32,000 bases of DNA from Sulfolobus acidocaldarius DSM 639. Its GTDB lineage: Archaea > Thermoproteota > Thermoprotei_A > Sulfolobales > Sulfolobaceae. The stretch covers positions 1,470,001 to 1,502,000 of the forward strand of contig NC_007181.1 of assembly GCF_000012285.1 (NCBI RefSeq), written 5' to 3'. The notes below the pieces were generated by a model, which made no database searches, had not been told where the DNA came from, and saw only the letters and a list, made by a program, of their open reading frames with translations. A program made the position numbers and the translations under genes. Each line of letters starts with the position of its first letter. Position 1 is the stretch's first letter. Positions 8,296-18,422 of the stretch are shown here, piece after piece.

Positions 8296-8411
8296 GTGAA
8301 AAACAGAATAAGGTAGACCCATGTTTTCTAGCATGGGTTTACTTATTGGAGAGGTTAGACAAGGAGGAAGGTACTGTTAAGCAAGAGGAGGCTAAGGCTA
8401 GTTCCAGATAA
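8292..8411 (+). CDS. 39-codon ORF translationally coupled to the dienelactone hydrolase gene (MSEKQNKVDPCFLAWVYLLERLDKEEGTVKQEEAKASSR)
   Basis: Too short for the ORF track. Its ATG 8292 overlaps the upstream TGA stop as ATGA, and a GGAGGG SD-like motif (8279..8284) lies 7 nt upstream. I recognise no homology. Confidence 0.3.
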   Translation: MSEKQNKVDPCFLAWVYLLERLDKEEGTVKQEEAKASSR

Positions 8412-8426
8412 AGTGTTGCAAGGTGA

Positions 8427-9092
8427 TCAACCACATTCTTTTTTCAATATCTCCATCATTTTTCGTCCGTTTTCTAACATCCAGAGGTCATTGTTGAAGA
8501 AGACATAAATCTTTTTGGGATGTAGAGCTAAGACTTCTTTTGCTATGTCTCTTAACTCTTCATCACTATAGTCATACTGGTACCAATTATCTGCCCCATG
8601 CATTCTTAAATATACAGTACCTTGAGGGGATATCTCAATGTATCTACCTATGGGAGAGTCTATTGAGACAACTACACAGTTTAAATCCAAATCTCTTTTG
8701 TACCACTCAGGGTCCCTAAACTCAACAGCCATTTTCTCTCCCACTGTTTCCTCAAACTTCTTTATTCTCTCAAGGTTTTCAGGGCTATATTTGAAACTTT
8801 GTGGTAATTGAAAGAGATAGAAGTCCACGTTTAACCCTGAAAATATTTCCTCAAATTTTTTCCACAATTCCGAGTCTTTCATACGGTTCACATGAGTGAT
8901 CATCCTATTTACCTTTACACTCCACCTCAGGTTATACTTTTTCCATGAGTTCACTAGTTTAGGGCTGGGAAACCTGTAAAAGCTCATATTCAACTCGACG
9001 GCATTAAAACCTGTATTTCTGAAGTACCAGTCCAAGTTTCCTCCCTCATTCCAGCTGTAACTCCATCCCGAAGTACCAATGTAAATATCCAT
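8427..9092 (-). CDS. DUF72 (YecE-like) family protein
   Basis: The N-terminus MDIYIGTSGWSYSWNEG...FNAVELNMSFYRFPS and the later FQLP..F are the characteristic DUF72 signature. Confidence 0.85.
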   Translation of the reverse strand: MDIYIGTSGWSYSWNEGGNLDWYFRNTGFNAVELNMSFYRFPSPKLVNSWKKYNLRWSVKVNRMITHVNRMKDSELWKKFEEIFSGLNVDFYLFQLPQSFKYSPENLERIKKFEETVGEKMAVEFRDPEWYKRDLDLNCVVVSIDSPIGRYIEISPQGTVYLRMHGADNWYQYDYSDEELRDIAKEVLALHPKKIYVFFNNDLWMLENGRKMMEILKKECG

Positions 9093-9220
9093 GTGAATTA
9101 ATTACGCAATTCAAAATAATAATAAAACCTCTACAAAGTATTATTTGAATAAGAGGGCAAACGTAACTGTCTTAGAGATCATAAGTTATTTCCTATCCCA
9201 CTTTGCTTAGGGAAGATAAG

Positions 9221-9230
9221 TTTTATAAAA
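9221..9230 (+). promoter_or_regulatory. TATA box (TTTTATAAAA) of the RNase HI gene
   Basis: Centred about 27 nt upstream of ATG 9253, consistent with a leaderless transcript. Confidence 0.55.
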
Positions 9231-9252
9231 TACGTGTAAGTTTTCTAAGCCT

Positions 9253-9699
9253 ATGAACATCGGATACTTTGATGGTTTATGTGAACCGAAAAATCCTGGA
9301 GGAATTGCAACATATGGCTTTGTGATTATTCTGGAGGACGGAAATACTGTCAAAGGATATGGTTTAGCCTCCAAGCCATTCTCAAAGGATTCCACAAACA
9401 ATGTAGCTGAATATACTGGAATAATTTGTCTGATGCGTAAAATGATTGAACTGAAGTTGAGTAACCCAAAAATAAGGGGAGATTCTCAATTGGTAATAAG
9501 ACAATTGAGGGGAGAGTACAAGGTAAAATCGTTGAGAATAAAGCCTCTTTATGAAAAGGCTTTGGAACTAGTAAGGCAACTTAACGCTGAGTTGGAGTGG
9601 GTTCCAAGAGAAGAGAATGAGGAGGCTGATCAGTTGAGTAGGGTAGCTTATGATCTCGTGAGACAGGGTAAATTAACCCAGATTGGTTGTATGCATTAG
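9253..9699 (+). CDS. rnhA: type 1 ribonuclease H (archaeal RNase HI)
   Basis: A 148-aa protein with the DEDD catalytic residues in the expected contexts: YFDG, NNVAEY, RGDSQLV and EEADQLS. It resembles the characterised Sulfolobus tokodaii RNase HI in size and layout. Confidence 0.85.
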   Translation: MNIGYFDGLCEPKNPGGIATYGFVIILEDGNTVKGYGLASKPFSKDSTNNVAEYTGIICLMRKMIELKLSNPKIRGDSQLVIRQLRGEYKVKSLRIKPLYEKALELVRQLNAELEWVPREENEEADQLSRVAYDLVRQGKLTQIGCMH

Positions 9700-9781
9700 A
9701 CACCACCTTGTAATATCTTAGTCCTTTAATTCACTCAGTGTAAAGTCAGCTTTAAATCCGTAACTGAGGCTCTATTATTTG

Positions 9782-10342
9782 ATGACTTTTATACATTATG
9801 GAGGAAAATTCTATAGACTGGTACACCCTAGACCTACTGTTATTATAGGAACTCTGTGTGAAGACGGAAGAGTAAATCTTATGCCAGCTAGTTGGAATAT
9901 GCCCATAAGTGAAGAGCCAGAAACAATAGGTGTATCAGTATACAAGGAGACCTTCACATACAGGTGTTTAAAGTTTCATCCTTACGCTACAATAAATGTT
10001 CCTGGACCAGAACTACTGGATCTCACTTACTCTCTAGGTTCGGTAAGCGGAAAGGATGTAGATAAGGTGAAGAAGTTCAATGTGGAGCTGGTGGAGAGCG
10101 AGAAGATAAATGTTCCTGGGATGGCTAAGGCTATAGCCATATATGAGACCAGGATATATAATCAGATAGATGTTGGTGAATGCACTCTATTCGTATTCGA
10201 GGTGTTAAAAAGTAAAGTTAGGGACGGCATTACCAATCAATCTGGACTGGATTTACGTAAGACTAACCTATTACTTCACGGCTCAGGTAAAATATTCCAC
10301 TATGTGGATAAATCTATGTTATCTGCCAGGGAATTGGAGTAA
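9782..10342 (+). CDS. flavin reductase-like FMN-binding split-barrel protein
   Basis: RPTVIIGTLCEDGRVNLMPASWNMPIS is typical of the flavin reductase-like domain family. I prefer ATG 9782 over the adjacent TTG 9779. Confidence 0.75.
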   Translation: MTFIHYGGKFYRLVHPRPTVIIGTLCEDGRVNLMPASWNMPISEEPETIGVSVYKETFTYRCLKFHPYATINVPGPELLDLTYSLGSVSGKDVDKVKKFNVELVESEKINVPGMAKAIAIYETRIYNQIDVGECTLFVFEVLKSKVRDGITNQSGLDLRKTNLLLHGSGKIFHYVDKSMLSARELE

Positions 10343-10532
10343 CCTCGCTTGTGGTATTTTAACTGGTGGAATTTCACTTCTATTTAAACTAGGACTGCCT
10401 TAAAGTAATATTTGTAGGTATTTGAATTGAGTATTGTAATAATCGGTTATTAATTTGATTTTAATTAATTCAAAAATAATTTTTATATTAGAACAATAGC
10501 TTATAAGATAGTAAGGAGAATATTATAATAAG

Positions 10533-11465
10533 TTGGACGTATGGTTTATACCTATATTACAAGTTCTGTTTTGGATAGTTTCAATTGGTTTAACTTCCAC
10601 ACTGCTAGCAAAGGCTACCATGGAAATTGAGAAGAAATTAGATAGTGGATTGACCGGTGGACTAATACTTGGGTTAATAAACAGTCTGCCTGAAACAATC
10701 ATAATAACGGAAGCTGTCCTGTCTGGTGCAAATGAAGTAGCTGTAGGTTCCATAACGGGAAGCCTCTTATTCATATTTACGTTTGGTATAGGGTTGATCT
10801 CGGTCGTCTACTACTTTAGATACAAGTCTAAAACTATTCAAATAGGCGGGGATATCTCCAGCGAGTACACATCGTTACTTATAGCATTGGTAACGTTTAC
10901 CCTAGTTCTGTTGGTATTCAGAAGTGTGAATTATTATGCGTCAATCCTGCTTTTGATACCTTATGTATATTACGTTTATAGGAGGTATAGGGGGAGAAGA
11001 GTATATGTGAGACGTGAGTTTAACGTAAGGAAAACAATTCTCCTCTTAAGTATAGGGGCTATGATGCTTTTTATGATATCAAACTTCTTTGTGAGTTCAT
11101 TAGTTTCTCTGTCTACAGTTTTAAATATACCCACTGTTGTCCTGGCGTCAATTTTGGTTCCTATTGCGTCAGAACTTGGAGACGGATTTTTAGCATTAAG
11201 TCTATTGTATAACTCAGCTTCGAATGTCGATACTGTAATCACTAACTTTATGGGAGGAAAACTGGAGAACCTAACATTAATGTTGAGTATTCCTGGGTTC
11301 TACACTACAGTGAACCTGGTCTCAAACCACCTGGACATCATACTAATCCCCCTTTCGGTTTTATCATTACTCATGATTATTAGGGACAAGAACATCAAGA
11401 TAAGTGAAGGTTTAGCTCTAATAACAATATATCCAATATTGATCCTGTTTTTACTGTTGAGGTAA
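10533..11465 (+). CDS. Ca2+/cation antiporter (CaCA, Na+/Ca2+ exchanger-type) membrane protein
   Basis: Polytopic membrane protein with an alpha-1 repeat (GLINSLPETIIITEAVLSGANEVAVGSITGS) and an alpha-2-like segment (PIASELGDGFLALS). The start is TTG 10533, with AAGGAG 15 nt upstream; the start position is uncertain. Confidence 0.75.
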   Translation: MDVWFIPILQVLFWIVSIGLTSTLLAKATMEIEKKLDSGLTGGLILGLINSLPETIIITEAVLSGANEVAVGSITGSLLFIFTFGIGLISVVYYFRYKSKTIQIGGDISSEYTSLLIALVTFTLVLLVFRSVNYYASILLLIPYVYYVYRRYRGRRVYVRREFNVRKTILLLSIGAMMLFMISNFFVSSLVSLSTVLNIPTVVLASILVPIASELGDGFLALSLLYNSASNVDTVITNFMGGKLENLTLMLSIPGFYTTVNLVSNHLDIILIPLSVLSLLMIIRDKNIKISEGLALITIYPILILFLLLR

Positions 11466-11660
11466 AAGAGGGATCTAAGGCGTGAAAACGTTTCTAATCT
11501 AGTGGTGCCTATGGGATAACTATATGTTAGTATCATACGCTTCAAAGATAATTGACTGGTATTCTCGTTGTGTAATCCAATTACGTAGAGTCCAAAGATG
11601 ACAAGTAAAGTGGAGGGCTAGTGAAAAAGTTTAAAGGAGCTCCCTAGCCTTATATATTTT

Positions 11661-13142
11661 ATGAAGTTTATTGTAAAACCAAGGAATAGATATATAGAAG
11701 TTATAGCCCAAGGAAAAGAGGGTGTGGTAATTTTCCCTACTTATGTTCCTGGTTCTTATGTTATAAGGGAGCTGGAAAGAAACGTGGTTGAGATTGAAGG
11801 TTTTAGGATAACTAAGAACAAGTTTTATGTGAAGGAGAATTTCAAGTACCTAGTGTATGCCTCAAGCAGGGATCAGAGGGAGGCAATATCCACAAATGAT
11901 TATCTATTCATAAATCCGCCAGCGGTCTTTCCATTCCAGAACATTTATGAAAAGTACTGTGTGAAGATTGAAACCAACTGGAAAGTTGCCACGACTCTCC
12001 AGGAAGAAAACGGTTATTATTGTGCGGACAACTACCATGAGTTTGCAGATTCGCCGATTGAGGCATCACCAGAACTCAAGGTTCTTCAGGTAGATGAAGG
12101 ACATTATGTTTCCACTATAGACGATGTGGATTTAGCCATGTTGGGCAAAATAGTTAGTGAAGCTGATAAGGTGATTCAACCTAAGGATAAGTATATTTTC
12201 CACTTTAGGAGGAGTGATAGAAATTTTGGTGGTATTGAACACAAGAAGTCCACAGGAATAGTAGTATCGTGGGACAAGAAGGATCTTTCTATTCTGTTCG
12301 CCCATGAGTATTTCCATAGGCTTAATGTGAAGAAATTGGTTCCTAAAGACCTAAACCACAACTACGAAACTGAAGTTTACACAGATTTGTTATGGTTTGC
12401 GGAGGGATTTACAGACTATATGGCACACCTCATATGTCTCAGGGCTGGTCTAAACACTCCTGAGGAGATATTCAGGAGAATACTACAATCTCTGCATAAT
12501 CTCACATTTCCTGGTGCAAAAAGGGTGAGTTTATCTGAAGCGTCTAAAACAGCCTGGATAAAGTATTATAAACAAGATGAGAATTTCCTAAATGCATCTA
12601 TTTCGTATTATGATGGTGGACTGGCTCTAGGATTCTACGTTGATTTACGTTTAGCTGAAAGGGGAAACAGGATAGATGAGCTGTTTAAGACGTTGCCTGA
12701 AAGGTATACATTCAGAGATGTGGAAAAAACACTGGAGAGGTTAGGGTTTCATGAGTTAGAATTGGCAAATAAACCAGCTTACCAAATAGTAGAGGCTATA
12801 GGGAGGATAATAGACCTGCAGTTTGTTGATAAAGGTAAAAAGTACTACGGTCTGTCTTTAGATAATCAGAGAGTTAAGTTTGTTGAAGAGAATTCCCCGG
12901 CAGATTTAGCTGGTCTTATGCCCGAGGATCAGATCGTGGGTGTAGACGGTATATCCAAGCCCCTAGAAGTCAAGGATTACGTAAAATTACACGTAATAAG
13001 GGAAGGAAGACTAAAGCAAATTGAACTTAGAGCTGGTGAAAACCCAGGTCACTCATTAAAGGGTAAAATTGAGGGAGAACATGCTCGCAAAATCCTCTCC
13101 AGGGACGTGGTAGAGGCTGTATATAATTCAGTAATTATTTGA
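11661..13142 (+). CDS. M61-family metallopeptidase (glycyl aminopeptidase-like) with C-terminal PDZ domain
   Basis: Has the gluzincin motif [12 protein letters not shown]...WFAEGFTDY and a C-terminal PDZ-like segment ([23 protein letters not shown]). Confidence 0.85.
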   Translation: MKFIVKPRNRYIEVIAQGKEGVVIFPTYVPGSYVIRELERNVVEIEGFRITKNKFYVKENFKYLVYASSRDQREAISTNDYLFINPPAVFPFQNIYEKYCVKIETNWKVATTLQEENGYYCADNYHEFADSPIEASPELKVLQVDEGHYVSTIDDVDLAMLGKIVSEADKVIQPKDKYIFHFRRSDRNFGGIEHKKSTGIVVSWDKKDLSILFAHEYFHRLNVKKLVPKDLNHNYETEVYTDLLWFAEGFTDYMAHLICLRAGLNTPEEIFRRILQSLHNLTFPGAKRVSLSEASKTAWIKYYKQDENFLNASISYYDGGLALGFYVDLRLAERGNRIDELFKTLPERYTFRDVEKTLERLGFHELELANKPAYQIVEAIGRIIDLQFVDKGKKYYGLSLDNQRVKFVEENSPADLAGLMPEDQIVGVDGISKPLEVKDYVKLHVIREGRLKQIELRAGENPGHSLKGKIEGEHARKILSRDVVEAVYNSVII

Positions 13143-13210
13143 GAGAATTTTGGCTTCAAGACGTGGTGAGCAGGTCTTTATGCTTTTATTTAGTCTTTAA
13201 TAGCCTCGGA

Positions 13211-13217
13211 TTTTTTT
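13211..13217 (+). terminator. T7 tract terminator candidate downstream of the M61 peptidase gene
   Basis: TTTTTTT lies 69 nt after the stop at 13142, with a second T4 following immediately. Confidence 0.45.
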
Positions 13218-13331
13218 ATTTTAACTATTATATTTAAGCTATACTATTTTAATAAAAGAGTCAAAATATAAGTGAATATAACTTGATTATTAAAAATAAT
13301 TCTTATAAATAATTAAGGCAAAAGCCCAATT

Positions 13332-14771
13332 ATGACCAATAAAAATGTTTTGGACGAATATCTTGCAAGAATTGATAGATTACCAACCTGGGGACTATCT
13401 TACGTAATCCTATATGCAATAGGTTTCAGCTACTTTATAACCCTTTATGACGCCGTAGGCAACATAGGTGCAGCCTTACCATATATACCATTTCTCAACG
13501 CATCGACAGCCTCATTAATTGCTTCAATAGGATTATTTGGGTATATCCCAGGATCCTTAGGTTTAGGTTATTTGGCTGATAGAATTGGTAGGAAACCTGT
13601 GCTTATATTGACAGTTACCCTTACTGCCATAGGAAGCTTAGGAATGGCTCTCTCTGTAAACTTCCCTATGCTAGCGGTCTTCAGATTTATTGAAGGAGCT
13701 GGTATTGGTGGTGATTTAAACTTAGCAATGGTCTATGTAACAGAGTTTGCCCCGAGTGCTAAAAGAGGTAAATACGCTAATTACATTTATCTCTCAGGTT
13801 GGATCGCAGTTGGTGTAGGAGCTACTATAGCATCAGTGTTAGTGACCTCACTGCCTGGAATAGGTTGGAGATTAGCTTTTGGTATAGCTGCCATAATGGC
13901 GTTTGCTGCATTAGTACTTAGAGTGGCAGCACCAGAGACTGTTAGATTCCTTGTGAAAAAAGGTAAGATAGATGAGGCTGAAAAACTGGTCAGGAGTATG
14001 GAAGAGACAGCTATGGCTAGAGCTAAAGTTAGCTCTCTACCTGAACCAAAGATAATTCAATATAATACGCCAACTAAAACATGGTCAGTTTTAGGTAATA
14101 GAACATTTCTCAAGAGGCTAGTGGGTCTAGTGATTTTCTGGTTCTTTATCTACTTTGTCCAGTACACTTTTTCAACTTTGTGGGACTACTATGGATTAGC
14201 GTTAGGCATAACGGGATCCACATTTAACCAATATGTACTTTACACTGGGTTCGCTGCCTTGGGAGATACAGCTATGGCATTCCTCCTACTAGCCTTTATA
14301 GAGAAGACAGACAGGAGACTAATAACTCAAATTGGGTCGTTTGGTTGGCTGATAGGTACCATAGTTGCCGCTTATTTCGTTACACGTTTCGACCTATTGG
14401 GAATGGCATTAACACTAGGATTCATACTGAATGCAATAGGAGGAGGGATGTCATATCTAGCCGGTTATCTAATGTCCAGCGAGTCATTCCCAACATCAGC
14501 CAGGTCAACAGGGTTTGCTATCAGTGATGGATTGGGTCATATAGGTGGTGCGATAGGTCCATTGCTTCTGTTCCCACTAGTAGCATCATTTGGTCCAATT
14601 ACTGCTTGGGGGTTAGAGGCGTTCCCTGTTGTTATAGCTGCAGTTATACTCTGGTTTACTGTACCTAAGACTGTAGGTGTCAGATTGGAGGAAATTAACG
14701 AGAATCTCCTATCTCCTCCACAAATGGCGAAGAGTAAAAGTACGGAAAGTAAAGAGAGAGGGACTTCCTGA
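13332..14771 (+). CDS. MFS transporter (metabolite/sugar-porter-like)
   Basis: About 12 predicted hydrophobic helices, MFS motif A (GYLADRIGRKPVL) and a PETVRFL-like loop. Confidence 0.85.
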   Translation: MTNKNVLDEYLARIDRLPTWGLSYVILYAIGFSYFITLYDAVGNIGAALPYIPFLNASTASLIASIGLFGYIPGSLGLGYLADRIGRKPVLILTVTLTAIGSLGMALSVNFPMLAVFRFIEGAGIGGDLNLAMVYVTEFAPSAKRGKYANYIYLSGWIAVGVGATIASVLVTSLPGIGWRLAFGIAAIMAFAALVLRVAAPETVRFLVKKGKIDEAEKLVRSMEETAMARAKVSSLPEPKIIQYNTPTKTWSVLGNRTFLKRLVGLVIFWFFIYFVQYTFSTLWDYYGLALGITGSTFNQYVLYTGFAALGDTAMAFLLLAFIEKTDRRLITQIGSFGWLIGTIVAAYFVTRFDLLGMALTLGFILNAIGGGMSYLAGYLMSSESFPTSARSTGFAISDGLGHIGGAIGPLLLFPLVASFGPITAWGLEAFPVVIAAVILWFTVPKTVGVRLEEINENLLSPPQMAKSKSTESKERGTS

Positions 14772-14784
14772 TCCCTAAATAATG

Positions 14785-14816
14785 TTTTTTGAAACAAAGA
14801 TTTTTCCTACTTTTTT
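14785..14816 (+). terminator. cluster of T-tracts (T6, T5, T6) downstream of the MFS transporter
   Basis: The tracts lie at 14785..14790, 14801..14805 and 14811..14816, all in the convergent gap. Confidence 0.45.
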
Positions 14817-14924
14817 GTCTTATTTCTTTTCATCCTTCAATAAAATCGAGATAAATATGATTTAAGACATAAAAGTTAGAGGAGAAGAACATCGAATATC
14901 ACATCTGTATATAAAAACACTAGT

Positions 14925-15914
14925 TCAAGTCAGAAAGTCCTTTTCTTGAATTAAGACAACACCGTCATGAGCTAACTCTTTTATTTTAGTCTCTGGTACT
15001 CCTAAAATTTTCAGAATCTCAAGAGTATTTTCTCCCCTTACTGGTCCTCTCTCATACTTAAATTCCCTCTTAACTTCTCCTAATCTTCTTACAGGATATA
15101 TAGGCACGTCATACCTTTCAGCTATCTCCATAAGTTCCTTTGTAGTATAACTCTTCACTATCTCAGATACATCTTTAATTGCATTAGGATCAAACTGTCT
15201 GTTTATTAACTCTTCCCTTCCTACTGCATGTAAGAAGTTTACCCAGAATTTAGGTTCTAACGCACCTAGTGATATCTTCCCATCCTTAGACTCATACAAG
15301 TTATAACAGGGGTAATCACCATTAAGTACGCTTTTACCCTCAGTCAGAATGTTTATCACATTAAACAGTTTAGATGCTCCAGCCATTGATACGTCTACGA
15401 ATCCGCCCTCATTCCTCCACATCTTATTGAGTATTCCTATGACAGCTAATAATGAACTACCTATATCAGCTACCTGGACTGGAAGTACTTTATCAATTCC
15501 TGCGTAAGCGTTACAATTAATATCATGGTTTGGCAATAATGGACCTTCATATCCATAGCCTGTTATGGAGCAATATATTAATTTCTCATTTAACACTCTA
15601 AGTGTATCATAATCTATCTTTAACCTCTTAACTACATCAGACCTGAAACTCTCTATCACTATCCTGCTCTTTCTAACTAGCTCGTAAAAGATCTCTCTCC
15701 CTCTGTCATCTTTCAAGTTTATGGATATACTTTTCTTTCCGTAGTTTAAGTAGTTGAAGACTTCAGGACTAGTCTCCCTCATGTAATCCCCTTTCTCTGT
15801 ATCCTCTACTTTTATCACATTGAATCCTAAGTCGACTAGTAGCCTAGTTGCAACTCCACCCGGTAATAACCTAGTTAAATCAAGTACAGTTACGTTCCAT
15901 GGTAGTTGTTCCAT
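14925..15914 (-). CDS. family III CoA-transferase (CaiB/BaiF / alpha-methylacyl-CoA racemase-like)
   Basis: The N-terminal VLDLTRLLPGGVATRLLVDLGFNVIKVE is the family signature. I prefer ATG 15914 (MEQLPWNV) over the upstream ATG 15962, whose extension is AT-rich promoter-like sequence. Confidence 0.85.
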   Translation of the reverse strand: MEQLPWNVTVLDLTRLLPGGVATRLLVDLGFNVIKVEDTEKGDYMRETSPEVFNYLNYGKKSISINLKDDRGREIFYELVRKSRIVIESFRSDVVKRLKIDYDTLRVLNEKLIYCSITGYGYEGPLLPNHDINCNAYAGIDKVLPVQVADIGSSLLAVIGILNKMWRNEGGFVDVSMAGASKLFNVINILTEGKSVLNGDYPCYNLYESKDGKISLGALEPKFWVNFLHAVGREELINRQFDPNAIKDVSEIVKSYTTKELMEIAERYDVPIYPVRRLGEVKREFKYERGPVRGENTLEILKILGVPETKIKELAHDGVVLIQEKDFLT

Positions 15915-16104
15915 AAATACACTATTTAAATTATTAATTATAAAAATATAATGTACATGCACTGGTTAAATATCATGTGTTAGATCACGTATGTTAACCT
16001 CACTAGAAAATAGCATATAAGAGGGAGTTTTGGTCTGTGTACTCGAGGAAAAAAGGAGATCGATATGTATCTTTATGAGACCTAATAAGGGATCTAGTTG
16101 CTTA

Positions 16105-16923
16105 TCATGTCCTTACTCCTGCTTGCTCAAACAGCACCTTAAGAACAGTCTTTCCTATTTTATCCCCAGAGAACTTAGCCTCAAAGTTATTTATCTCGAC
16201 CCAACTCTTCAGGTCTTGATAACCCAACTTACTCAACGCACTATTGATTTTGTCTAAGTAATCGTATACACTCACCATCTCTTCCTCAAGGAAAGTCGCA
16301 ATCCATAAATTCAACACTCTTTCCAACTCTACTAACGGTTCCTTACTGTCATCAACCCTTATATCAACATATTTTCCAACATTTGATGGTTCAAACTCGG
16401 TATTACTCTTAGTTGGTTTTCTTACAACTATAATTGCTGCACTCTGTCTTCCTCTCCTATCTCCTCCTTTGCTCTCTGCCATCTTCAATGCATTCAGTAT
16501 TTTTTCATATATCCTTCCTCTCCCCTCTGCCTCCTTAGCCATAGCCTCTAGCACTTCCTCTCCTGCTAATATATTTCCTTGTACTGTGAAGTTATTACCA
16601 ATTATATGACCTGCATATGGGTAACATTCTCTTCCAGTAAACGCATACGCATTCCCTTTACTATCAACCACACCTAATTGTCTTTTTTCTTTAAGCTGGT
16701 CTGCAGAAGTTAAACTATTCACCGTACTCCTTGCGTCATAACCCTTCTCTAGGAGTTCTAATCCTTTTTTACCATACTCTAGATTAGCTAGGGCTTGAGT
16801 TGCTATTGCCCCTACCTCTGGTTTCAACCAAGGGACAAAAGCACCCACTGCTAAGAACTTACTGGCAACACCTACTCCCCATGCTTCCTCGTTTGGGTCG
16901 TAAATTACTATTGAGTATGTCAT
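16105..16923 (-). CDS. DUF1028 family (Ntn-hydrolase fold) protein with C-terminal helical extension
   Basis: MTYSIVIYDP...WGVGVASKFLAVGAFVPW..PEVGAIATQA.AN..YG and RQLGVVD.KGN..AFTG match the DUF1028 pattern. Confidence 0.8.
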   Translation of the reverse strand: MTYSIVIYDPNEEAWGVGVASKFLAVGAFVPWLKPEVGAIATQALANLEYGKKGLELLEKGYDARSTVNSLTSADQLKEKRQLGVVDSKGNAYAFTGRECYPYAGHIIGNNFTVQGNILAGEEVLEAMAKEAEGRGRIYEKILNALKMAESKGGDRRGRQSAAIIVVRKPTKSNTEFEPSNVGKYVDIRVDDSKEPLVELERVLNLWIATFLEEEMVSVYDYLDKINSALSKLGYQDLKSWVEINNFEAKFSGDKIGKTVLKVLFEQAGVRT

Positions 16924-17011
16924 ATGTGTAATATATACTACTGAAGGTATTTTATAATTATATAATTCTCTTCCTAAGAACTATAATTTTAAATTCGCTT
17001 ATAACGTAAGG

Positions 17012-18148
17012 GTGATAATGGTTGCGATCGTCGATGGCTCAATTACGAAGTTCGGAAAAAGGAAGGAAAGTTTACTTCAACTGATATCCGAAGTCGGAAT
17101 ACCCCTAGTAAAGAAATACGAGATTGACTTTGTCATAGTCTCAAACACTTACTCAGGAGAGCTTAATTCGATATCAGGTCTGAATAATTTAGCTACAACA
17201 TATTTAGGCATAGACAAGGTACCCTCCATAAGAGTAGACAATACAAGTGGGAGTGGGGGCTCAGCCTTACTAGTAGCTAAGTCGCTATTGGACTCGAAAA
17301 TGGCTAACACTGTCTTAGTTATAGGGGCAGAAAAGATGTCAGAGAAGAGCACTAAGCAGGTAACCTCTGTAATTGCATCCCTTCTTCCGAGAGAGGAAAG
17401 AATGGCTGGGCTAACATTACCTTCCCTAGCCGGTTTGTTATCAAAGGAGTACATGAAGAGATATGATGCGCCAAGAGAGGCATTTGCTAGGGTGGCGGTT
17501 AAAAATCATCACAATGGTTCGTTAAATCCCTACGCCCATGTTCAAAAGGAAGTTAGCTTGGAGGAAGTTCTCAAATCTCCGGTCATCGCTGATCCCTTGA
17601 CTCTCTATGAATTTACCCCTATAAGTGATGGTGCATGTGCTCTGTTAATGGTAAGGAGTGAAGACTCTTACAGCTTCACCAAAAAGCCTGTGTTCATAAA
17701 GGGCATAGGGACGGCGTCGGACACATCTAGTATATCTGAGAGGGAAAACATCCTGTCTCTGAACTCAGTGAGAAATGCAGGAGTAATTGCCAAGAAAACG
17801 GCGAAAGTAGAGAAAGTGGACTTTGCAGAACTTCATGATATGTCTACGGTCTTGGAAATAGTCCAAGCTGAAGAGCTAGGTCTGTTGAAGAAGGGAGAGG
17901 GTTGGAAAGCGTATTTCGATACTGTCACTGAAATAAATGGTGAAATGCCGATAAACACAAGCGGTGGACTAAATTCCAAAGGACATCCTATAGGAGCTAG
18001 CGGTGTAGCCCAGGCTTATGAGGCTTTCCTTCAGCTGAGGCGAGAAGCAGGTCAAAGACAAGTTAAGGATGCAAGAACTGGACTTTCACTAAGTATGGCT
18101 GGGTTTGGTAATTCAGCTACAGTCCTGATCTACGGTGAGGAACCATGA
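17012..18148 (+). CDS. thiolase-superfamily protein (archaeal acetyl-CoA C-acyltransferase / nsLTP-like)
   Basis: Condensing-enzyme fold pattern, with a C-terminal NTSGGL.SKGHPIGASG and GFGNS. The start is GTG 17012 or ATG 17018. Its stop overlaps the next gene as ATGA. Confidence 0.85.
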   Translation: MIMVAIVDGSITKFGKRKESLLQLISEVGIPLVKKYEIDFVIVSNTYSGELNSISGLNNLATTYLGIDKVPSIRVDNTSGSGGSALLVAKSLLDSKMANTVLVIGAEKMSEKSTKQVTSVIASLLPREERMAGLTLPSLAGLLSKEYMKRYDAPREAFARVAVKNHHNGSLNPYAHVQKEVSLEEVLKSPVIADPLTLYEFTPISDGACALLMVRSEDSYSFTKKPVFIKGIGTASDTSSISERENILSLNSVRNAGVIAKKTAKVEKVDFAELHDMSTVLEIVQAEELGLLKKGEGWKAYFDTVTEINGEMPINTSGGLNSKGHPIGASGVAQAYEAFLQLRREAGQRQVKDARTGLSLSMAGFGNSATVLIYGEEP

Positions 18149-18414
18149 TATATACCTGTAAGAGATGCGGTTATTCATTTTCAGTAGAGAGAGCAAGATG
18201 CCCTAAGTGTGGCAACTCTGATTTTTCATCTGTTGAAAAGAGAGAGGGTAAGGTAGTACAGTACTGGAAGTTAACCGCTACACCCGAGGGGGTTGAGGAC
18301 TCTTACTATCTGTGCCTTGTGGACTTAGGAGGAGCAAAGGTTTTCTGCAGGAGTGCCATAGAACCTGAAGAGAGTGTAGTCCTAGACGAAAAGGGTACAT
18401 GTAGACCAGCCTAG
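18145..18414 (+). CDS. DUF35-type Zn-ribbon/OB-fold protein (thiolase partner), short form
   Basis: Has a CxxC...CxxC zinc ribbon (CKRCG...CPKCG) followed by a short OB-like segment. A GGTGAGG SD lies 6 nt upstream, and there is an ATGA overlap with the thiolase gene. Confidence 0.75.
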   Translation: MIYTCKRCGYSFSVERARCPKCGNSDFSSVEKREGKVVQYWKLTATPEGVEDSYYLCLVDLGGAKVFCRSAIEPEESVVLDEKGTCRPA

Positions 18415-18422
18415 GACTGTTT

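Noticed and set aside
11300-11545. 81-aa minus-strand ORF overlapping the 3' end of the CaCA transporter gene and extending into the 195-bp gap before the M61 peptidase gene.
   Set aside because: Two thirds of it is antisense to the transporter CDS. It has no recognisable motif, no TATA at an appropriate distance and no SD, so it is likely spurious. The gap itself showed no RNA-gene signature I could identify.
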